Origin: a virus
Taxonomy: Duplodnaviria; Caudoviricetes
Reading direction: 5' to 3' (one strand)
Length of the DNA: 25,412 bases
IMG/VR virus record: IMGVR_UViG_3300005764_000078
Coordinates: 1-25,412 of that record
The notes below the pieces were generated by a model. The model was not told where the DNA came from. It ran no database searches and was given only the letters and a program-made list of their open reading frames with translations. Below are positions 1-6,114 of the stretch, one piece after another; position 1 is the stretch's first letter, and every line of letters starts with the position of its first letter. The translations under genes and the position numbers were made by a program.

Positions 1-453
1 GCGATCATCGCTTCTCAGTTCAAGGATATCGTCAACATGGTACACAAATACCTGAACGACAAGGGTATCAAGGCTGAGAAGATCACAGGCGACACGTCTG
101 CCGAAGAACGCGGTGCCATCCAGAAGCGATTCCAGGATGGTGGCCCGGATTCGCCGCGTGTTGTTGTGATGACGACCACAGCCGGTGGTGTGTCCATCAC
201 CCTCGACAGGGCAGATACGGTTCACATCCTCGACGAGACCTGGGTACCAGATGACCAGGAGCAGTTCGCGGATCGTGCGCACCGTATTAGCCGCATGCAC
301 CAGGTGACGGTCTACACGTACCGCAGCAAGGGTACGATCGAGGAGTACATCGAGAAGGTCGTGGGCGACAAGGCCAAGATCAACATCGAGATCCTTGACG
401 TACGTAGGCGCGGGTTCCGCGCGAACATGCAGAAGGCGGTGCTCGATGAGTAG
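1..453 (+). CDS. SNF2/SF2-type helicase, C-terminal HELICc domain (5' truncated by window)
   Basis: Frame open from base 1 (AIIASQFKDIV...); motifs ITGDTSAEERGAIQKRFQ, TTAGGVSITLDRADTVHILDETW, QFADRAHRI, GTIEE match SNF2 helicase motifs IV-VI. Confidence 0.9.
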   Translation, partial: AIIASQFKDIVNMVHKYLNDKGIKAEKITGDTSAEERGAIQKRFQDGGPDSPRVVVMTTTAGGVSITLDRADTVHILDETWVPDDQEQFADRAHRISRMHQVTVYTYRSKGTIEEYIEKVVGDKAKINIEILDVRRRGFRANMQKAVLDE

Positions 454-949
454 CACCGAGGAGAAAGTAGATCTCAGGCACTTCGAGATCTACGACCACA
501 ACGTCACATCGGAGTACGTCACGTACATGGTCGACCTTTGGGAAGGCGATCGGAACGATCCGACAGTGAGTGTCGTACGCTACATCGGTGTGTGGCTCGG
601 AGAAGTCCTTGAGAAGGAGGACGGGGAAGCTTTTGACCCGTCCTTCTATCCCAAGGATCCTTCGCGCTATGTCTACAAGAACAAGCCCAACAATCCTCCA
701 CCGCTAGTGTGGGAGGTAGTTGCGGTCGTAAAGGAAGCCGACCAAGAGCTCGTGAAGTTCAAGAACGATCAGCAGAACGAGCTCGGAGAAGGTCGGTTGT
801 ATCGGTACGGTGCTTCCCAGAAACGGGCAGAACTGTATCAGTTGTTCATGAATGCCATCGACACTCTGGCGAAGTGGCCAGAAGACGAGGCAGCATGGAA
901 GCATGTGGAGCGCTGGCGTAACTACAACGCTAGGCTTCACGAAAAGTAG
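446..949 (+). CDS. Hypothetical phage protein (167 aa)
   Basis: ATG at 446 overlaps the helicase stop; protein-like composition; no motif recognised. Confidence 0.75.
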   Translation: MSSTEEKVDLRHFEIYDHNVTSEYVTYMVDLWEGDRNDPTVSVVRYIGVWLGEVLEKEDGEAFDPSFYPKDPSRYVYKNKPNNPPPLVWEVVAVVKEADQELVKFKNDQQNELGEGRLYRYGASQKRAELYQLFMNAIDTLAKWPEDEAAWKHVERWRNYNARLHEK

Positions 950-977
950 AACACCTACAACCTACGAAGGGAGGGAA

Positions 978-1232
978 ATGCCAACGTATCCGGCCCAGGA
1001 GAAGATCACCTGGAAAGACGTTGTTAGCAGCAACGTCAGCAAGGTGGGCTGGGACAAGATCGGCAACATGTATGTGTTGTTCCGTGATTCATCACCGAAC
1101 GGTAACAACACGCTCTACATGTACCGTGGTGTCTCGCGTCAGCGAGTCATCGCTGCCAGCCGAGCGAACAGTGTCGGCGGGTATCTCAACCAGCACATCA
1201 AGCCGTTCCACGAAGCGGTGAAGATCCGGTGA
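978..1232 (+). CDS. KTSC domain protein (84 aa)
   Basis: GGAGG then ATG at 978; VVSSNVSKVGWD...YVLF...YMYRGV...ANSVGGYLNQHIK fits the KTSC pattern. Confidence 0.88.
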   Translation: MPTYPAQEKITWKDVVSSNVSKVGWDKIGNMYVLFRDSSPNGNNTLYMYRGVSRQRVIAASRANSVGGYLNQHIKPFHEAVKIR

Positions 1233-1573
1233 TCTTCGAAGTCATCTGGATCTTTGTCCTGGTTGGCTCTATTTGGTTGGGCATCAAGTGGCGTAACCAT
1301 GAGCCTGCCGTACCAAGGGCAGGGGTCGCAACAGAGAAGCCGGGCATGATCTACTTCCTACAGAGTCAGAAGGACTCTCAGAAGATCAAGATCGTGAAGT
1401 CCCGTGGCGAGCTAGCAACACCGCTACGCATCGTGGCAGAGTTCCCCACGGATGCTCCGAATGCTGTTCTCTCTAGGATCTACCGGGATCTTGAGGACCA
1501 GCATATTGCGGCAGGCTGGTATGACGCAGATGCCGTACGCATGTACATCGACCATCTGAGGGGTGAGGCATGA
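1229..1573 (+). CDS. Membrane-anchored protein with degenerate T5orf172/MUG113 (GIY-YIG-like) domain
   Basis: GTGA overlap with upstream stop; N-terminal hydrophobic helix (IFEVIWIFVLVGSIWLGI); GMIYFLQ...KIKI and terminal AGWY resemble the GxVYFI...KIG...GEWF pattern. Confidence 0.6.
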   Translation: MIFEVIWIFVLVGSIWLGIKWRNHEPAVPRAGVATEKPGMIYFLQSQKDSQKIKIVKSRGELATPLRIVAEFPTDAPNAVLSRIYRDLEDQHIAAGWYDADAVRMYIDHLRGEA

Positions 1574-1782
1574 GCACGTTGAAGGGCACCGATCGGGTGT
1601 ATCTCCATCCGGCAACGGGCAAGGTACATGAGCAAAAGTTTGGTGACTCAACCAAACTTGCCTGTGGCAATCCGTTCGATAAGATTCCTTACAGGAGCGT
1701 CACAAGGAATCAGGCGAATGGTGTAGCGGGTAGCTCACTGTGCCAGAGTACTGCCTGTCGGATCGCGCGCGGCGAACTATGA
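1570..1782 (+). CDS. Small Cys/His-containing hypothetical protein (possible metal-binding)
   Basis: ATGA overlap, GAGG upstream; VH...LACG...LCQSTAC pattern. Confidence 0.7.
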   Translation: MSTLKGTDRVYLHPATGKVHEQKFGDSTKLACGNPFDKIPYRSVTRNQANGVAGSSLCQSTACRIARGEL

Positions 1783-1910
1783 AGCGCGGTAAACAGGAGC
1801 AATACGGTACTGGCAACTTCCGCAAGAGGCATCGCAAGGCAGAGAAGAAGTCCCGGCGCTCGCAAAAGCGGGCGTCGGGCCGCGCCTGGAAACGGGAGGA
1901 TCCTTCTTAG
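1779..1910 (+). CDS. 43-aa highly basic peptide (not in ORF track)
   Basis: ATGA overlap with preceding stop; MKRGKQEQYGTGNFRKRHRKAEKKSRRSQKRASGRAWKREDPS; 17/43 residues K or R; followed directly by a terminator-like hairpin. Confidence 0.6.
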   Translation: MKRGKQEQYGTGNFRKRHRKAEKKSRRSQKRASGRAWKREDPS

Positions 1911-1916
1911 ATTTGT

Positions 1917-1947
1917 AAAATCTAAGTCGATAGGGACTTAGGTTTTT
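1917..1947 (+). terminator. Putative intrinsic (possibly bidirectional) terminator
   Basis: Stem CTAAGTC (1922-1928) / GACTTAG (1935-1941), loop GATAGG, T5 run at 1943-1947 and A4 run at 1917-1920; lies at the end of a gene run. Confidence 0.6.
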
Positions 1948-2400
1948 CAAATTTTACAAGTCGGCCAGACGATTCTGGACGCCGACACACAGAAATTTTG
2001 CAATGTCAAAATCTGCTGCACGATTTCGCATCTTCAAATTTTCGCACACAACGATATGAAACCAAGAAACGACTTCCATTTCGCGATTTGCATTCTCTTC
2101 TGCACGCGCGGCCGTAGCGCGCGCATACGCCCGCACGCCCTGACAGCGACCCCGACCCATCGCGCCCGACGTATGCGCGCGTACACGCTCGAGCGCGAGA
2201 GGGCAGGTAATTCCTACTTCTTTACTTAAGTACTGATATCCGCCGGGGCGCGTGTACGCGCGATCGAGACCATTCCATGGACGGGCTGTGGCTCGCGGGC
2301 GTACCGCGCATACGCGCGGGAACAAATCCGCAATGGTAATTCCTAGCAACTTCCGCACGGAATCTGTCAGGGAAACGTATTTGTAAAACCCCTGCTAATC
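1948..2400. other. Non-coding repeat-rich region, candidate replication origin or control region
   Basis: Largest gap in the window; A/T tracts; inverted repeats 2118-2129/2170-2181 and 2176-2188/2250-2262; direct repeats GGTAATTCCTA (2206, 2335) and CGCGCATACGC (2120, 2305); palindrome TACTTAAGTA 2223-2232. Confidence 0.45.
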
Positions 2401-2495
2401 GGCCCTAGCTTTACAGGCGTGAATCCGCTAGACTATCCGGGTCGTGCTAAAGTCGACAGCGCGACAAGGAACTTACGAGTCTACAATAGGAGGAA

Positions 2496-3554
2496 ATGTT
2501 GGCAACGCGCGGAACACGTAAACCTCGCGAAAATGGACTCCCAATGTTACGCACGAGCGAACGTGGGGCATTGAAGCGCTGTGAGTTTGCGTGGGACCTG
2601 GGCTTCAACCGCAAGCTCAAACCGCTAACAGAAGCTCCTGCTCTACGGTTCGGCAGTCTCGTACACAAGGCGCTCGCGGCATGGTACATCCCCGGCGTGA
2701 AGCGCGGGGTACACCCGGCCAAAGCATTCAAGAAAGCCTACGACGCCGACCTGGTACGCAACAACGAACTCTTCGGGATGCACCTAGAGGAAGAAGAGCG
2801 CTGGGTGAATGCCGAAGAGCTCGGAATAGCGATGCTAGAGAACTATGTAGACGAGTATGGAACAGACCCCGACTACGAGGTTCTCGTCACAGAGATGCCA
2901 TTCCAGGTTGTCGTGCCACATATAGTACAAAAACCGGATTGGCCCTATGCCAAAGAAGAGCCATGGTTCACCTACACCGGCGTGCTTGACGGCGTATGGC
3001 GACACCGGCGCACGAAAGAGATCTGGATCCCCGAGCATAAGACCACACAGGGCATTCAAAAGAAGCTCTCGTACCTACAGATGGACGATCAAGCCGGTGC
3101 GTACTGGTCCTTCGGTCTTGAGTATCTCGTACAGAATAAGCTGCTCAAGACACACAAGGAATTGAACGGCATCCTGTACAACTTCTTACGCAAGGCGCTG
3201 CCCGACGAGCGCGCTAGCAAGTTTGTACGGGGCCAACGTGTGTACCTCAATTTGAATGGTGAGGTCAGCAAGAAGCAGCCGACACCGTACTTCATGCGGC
3301 TACCTATCTTCCGAGACGAGCATGACCGGCAGGAGGCAATCCGACGTGCGATGGTAGAGTACCGCCGCATAGAACTGTTCCGCGCCGGAGAGCTCGAGAC
3401 TACAAAGACCTCAGGAATGTTCAGCTGTCCCATGTGTTCGTACAGAGATCTCTGTGAGATACATGAGGTCGGCGGAGACTTCAGTTCCATGCTCAAGGAC
3501 ACAACGCAAGCCTGGGACCCGTATGCCGAACATGAGGTATACGATGGCCGTTAA
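2496..3554 (+). CDS. Cas4/RecB-like PD-(D/E)XK exonuclease with probable Fe-S cluster
   Basis: AGGAGG SD; N-terminal RC...W, FGSLVHKALA, catalytic E...GVLDG...EHKT, QAGAY, C-terminal CPMCSYRDLC (1+3 Cys arrangement). Confidence 0.88.
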   Translation: MLATRGTRKPRENGLPMLRTSERGALKRCEFAWDLGFNRKLKPLTEAPALRFGSLVHKALAAWYIPGVKRGVHPAKAFKKAYDADLVRNNELFGMHLEEEERWVNAEELGIAMLENYVDEYGTDPDYEVLVTEMPFQVVVPHIVQKPDWPYAKEEPWFTYTGVLDGVWRHRRTKEIWIPEHKTTQGIQKKLSYLQMDDQAGAYWSFGLEYLVQNKLLKTHKELNGILYNFLRKALPDERASKFVRGQRVYLNLNGEVSKKQPTPYFMRLPIFRDEHDRQEAIRRAMVEYRRIELFRAGELETTKTSGMFSCPMCSYRDLCEIHEVGGDFSSMLKDTTQAWDPYAEHEVYDGR

Positions 3555-3555
3555 G

Positions 3556-3644
3556 TTCGGAGCGGCACCGGGTCTAAGCGGTCGCCTCCGCAGGTGCGAC
3601 CCGCCGGTCACGCAGCCGGTCCCCCGACTCGGTGCCGCTCCGGA
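3556..3644 (+). ncRNA. Predicted Y-shaped structured RNA element in intergenic region
   Basis: 19-bp stem 3556-3574/3626-3644 (two G-U pairs) enclosing hairpins GGTCGC/GCGACC and CCGGT/GCCGG; ends 3 nt before the next SD. Confidence 0.5.
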
Positions 3645-3658
3645 GCAAAGGAGGGAGC

Positions 3659-4006
3659 GTGACGGGTAGAGTGCATTGGGACAACGAGGAAGAGATCAGT
3701 AATGCCCTCGGAGACACCTTGGCGGAAATGGCTTGGCCGGGTGTCTTCACCAGTGGTAAGCGGATTATCGCTACCCAGAGCACCAGGCGTGGTGACTTCG
3801 ACGTCATGAACTTCAAGTTTGCCGACGGCTCAGAGATGAACATTGTGGGCAAATTTGAGGTACGGTACAAGCTAGCACCCGCATACGTCAAGGATGACCA
3901 AACAAACCTGGTCGGTACTCAAGGGCCAGAAAAACTAATCGAACAGGGCAATCAACTGATGAGCGGTCAGCTTTCGCTCGAGGAGGCCGATGGCGACGAG
4001 GAATAG
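3659..4006 (+). CDS. Hypothetical protein (115 aa)
   Basis: AAGGAGGG at 3648-3655 then in-frame GTG at 3659; no motif recognised. Confidence 0.75.
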   Translation: MTGRVHWDNEEEISNALGDTLAEMAWPGVFTSGKRIIATQSTRRGDFDVMNFKFADGSEMNIVGKFEVRYKLAPAYVKDDQTNLVGTQGPEKLIEQGNQLMSGQLSLEEADGDEE

Positions 4007-4904
4007 AGGCACCCGCGCGGAGCAGCTGCGCCCGGCAGTCATTGGCTATGATGACCTGCCCGGCATACAGCCGGTGGGAGCGGGCGACTGGATACGGTGG
4101 CTTAACTTCGCGTATCCTGGCTGGGGTAAGACGTCGGCCTGGGGCACTGCCGCCGATGCGGGCATGCGTACGCTCATCGTTCGCAGTAGTCTTGATGTGA
4201 TGCCAGCACGTATCATGCGTTCCGGCGCAGAGCAGTACGTGGCTGATACCTGGGAGAAGATGTACCAGATCTTAGACTTCCTACGTATGGCGAACCACGG
4301 CTACCTGTGGGTATTCTGGGATAACGTCAGCGTACATCAGGACGTATTGCTTGACGACGTGTGGGAGGGAACAATCGCGGCGAACCCGCGTCGCGCGTAC
4401 ATCCTCGGCGACAACGGTCAGCCTACCGCACCAAACTTGAGTCCTTCTAGCGGCCTAGACCGCGGAGAGTACGGCCGCAACATGGAGCGTATCCAGCAGT
4501 GGGTGCGTCACATGGTAGGCTGCAACTCATTCCACTTTGGAATCGGTGCCCACCCGTTAGAAGGGCAGCATCCAACCAACGACGAAGGAGGTGCGCTACT
4601 TCGCCCCTATGTGCAGGGTAAGATGATGACGGAGAAACTCTGCGGCTATTGTAACATCGTCACATTCATGGAACTCTGCGAGGGGCAGGATGATAAACAG
4701 AACGAAATCAAGTGGCGACGGCTGCACTTTCAAGAGAGCAGCCGGTACTACGCGAAAGACCTGTACGATGCTTTCCCGAAAGGCTACCTCGACATTGTGG
4801 CCGATACACCGACCATTCCGAACATGATGTCGGCCATAGAGAAAGCCAGGGGTAAAGGACTAGGCGCCCAAACTACACCAAGTCGCAGAGGTAGGCGGCG
4901 TTAA
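3990..4904 (+). CDS. AAA_24/Sak4-like P-loop ATPase (recombination module)
   Basis: GAGGAGG SD; Walker A AYPGWGKTS; Walker B-like WVFWDNVS; EYG, AH and PYVQGK motifs; sits between exonuclease and SSB-like genes as in phage recombination modules. Confidence 0.8.
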   Translation: MATRNRGTRAEQLRPAVIGYDDLPGIQPVGAGDWIRWLNFAYPGWGKTSAWGTAADAGMRTLIVRSSLDVMPARIMRSGAEQYVADTWEKMYQILDFLRMANHGYLWVFWDNVSVHQDVLLDDVWEGTIAANPRRAYILGDNGQPTAPNLSPSSGLDRGEYGRNMERIQQWVRHMVGCNSFHFGIGAHPLEGQHPTNDEGGALLRPYVQGKMMTEKLCGYCNIVTFMELCEGQDDKQNEIKWRRLHFQESSRYYAKDLYDAFPKGYLDIVADTPTIPNMMSAIEKARGKGLGAQTTPSRRGRRR

Positions 4905-4924
4905 CGAAAGGGAGCATTTCGCGC

Positions 4925-5809
4925 ATGGCGAAATTGATCAAGTACGACATCAGCGGAGTAGAAGAAGCCTCCGGAGGGGGCACTGGCGTAAAGGTACGCC
5001 CAGGAGTTCATGTTGCTAAGGTCGAGCGCTGCCTCCAGCGCGAGGAGAAGCGCGACGGTACACCGGCAAACGACATCGAAGTAGCACTCAACTTCGGTGA
5101 TGAATACGACTGGGGCTTCACGTACATCGGCCTTTCTGACGCGGCCGATTGGAAGCTGGCAGAATTCATCCGCGCGATGGGTATGAAGGACAAAGGCAAC
5201 TTTGATCCAGACAAGATGGTCGGCAAGTATCTGCGGGTTAAGGTCAACTCCGGCACGTACGAAGGGGAGTACAGCCCGGACATGGGCAGACTCATGAAGA
5301 TTCAGCCGGGAGATATCGAAGCCTGGGAATCAGGCAACGGTACGGCTAGCGAGTTCTCGTCGAGCGCAGCTGCCGGACCAGACCTCGACGAAGAGCCCTC
5401 CGTAGATGGTGCTACACCCGACAATTTTTACCGCGAAGGACAGCCCGACCCCGAAGACCCCAACGAGGTCGTCGGCTCGTATGATGAATGGCCTGACGAA
5501 GACCTCGAGGCAGAGGTCAACGACAGAAGCCTGACGCTGCCGGGCGGCAGGGGTAGCAAGAAGAACAAGATGATCGCCGCACTACGCGCTGACGACGAAG
5601 CGTATGGCGGCGAGGAAGCAGAGGCAGAGGCCACAGAGGGAGACGACGCCTACGATGACTGGACCCTTGACGAACTGAAAGCTGAATGGGCTGAGCGCGA
5701 GCTCGGTGACCTGCCGTCCATCCGTGGTCGCAACGCGGACGCTCGGCTGCAGGCGAAGCTTGTCCTAGAGCTTCGTGAAGACGACAAGGCGAATCCGTTC
5801 CAGGCATAG
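4925..5809 (+). CDS. DUF669-like single-stranded DNA-binding protein with acidic linker and two SAP/HeH-like C-terminal repeats
   Basis: N-terminal PGVHVAKV...WKLAEFIRAMG...DKMVGKYLRVKV...YEG; very acidic C-half; repeats YDEW..EDL..E...R.L and YDDW..DEL..E...R.L; ends NPFQA. Confidence 0.7.
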   Translation: MAKLIKYDISGVEEASGGGTGVKVRPGVHVAKVERCLQREEKRDGTPANDIEVALNFGDEYDWGFTYIGLSDAADWKLAEFIRAMGMKDKGNFDPDKMVGKYLRVKVNSGTYEGEYSPDMGRLMKIQPGDIEAWESGNGTASEFSSSAAAGPDLDEEPSVDGATPDNFYREGQPDPEDPNEVVGSYDEWPDEDLEAEVNDRSLTLPGGRGSKKNKMIAALRADDEAYGGEEAEAEATEGDDAYDDWTLDELKAEWAERELGDLPSIRGRNADARLQAKLVLELREDDKANPFQA

Positions 5810-5810
5810 C

Positions 5811-6101
5811 ATGGAGACAGGTGTGTACCGGACTGACGATTTGGCATTGGCCACAACACTCTCCCTGAGCGGGTACGAGTACACCATGGTCAAGCTGACA
5901 CAGCGTAAGGTAGTCTGGGACTTTCCCTACACCGATGAGAAGGAGGAAGACTTCTTCGATATCGTGCATGACTTCTGGGAGTTTGCTGCTGTTGTAGAGC
6001 CCAGGGCATTCACGCTGCGATGGGCAGAGATACGTCGGGAACTATTCCAACTTGTCCCTCCCAATCGTCAGCCGGTCTCACCGGCCGCTGCTACGCCTTA
6101 A
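5811..6101 (+). CDS. DUF5659-like small phage protein (96 aa)
   Basis: ATG 1 nt after upstream stop; YRTDDLALATTLSLSGY matches the TxDLxLAxxL..G pattern as recalled for this family. Confidence 0.6.
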   Translation: METGVYRTDDLALATTLSLSGYEYTMVKLTQRKVVWDFPYTDEKEEDFFDIVHDFWEFAAVVEPRAFTLRWAEIRRELFQLVPPNRQPVSPAAATP

Positions 6102-6114
6102 CTGACCCCACACC

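Noticed and set aside
1954-2358. 134-aa minus-strand ORF
   Set aside because: Opposite to all neighbours, Arg/Ala-rich translation of DNA repeats, no clear SD; probably spurious.
2410-2440. Sigma70-type promoter TTTACA...TAGACT before the nuclease gene
   Set aside because: Spacing is only 13 nt; a promoter is likely nearby but cannot be placed.
2496-3554. Cas4-like gene as evidence of a CRISPR-Cas system
   Set aside because: No cas1/cas2 or effector genes and no multi-repeat array; solo Cas4-like nucleases next to an ATPase and SSB are usual phage recombination genes.
3556-3644. tRNA or c-di-GMP-I riboswitch
   Set aside because: No T-loop GTTC/anticodon arm arrangement or CCA end; GGGTCTAAG...CAGCCGG loosely recalls the c-di-GMP-I second stem, but the first stem with its GNRA loop is absent.
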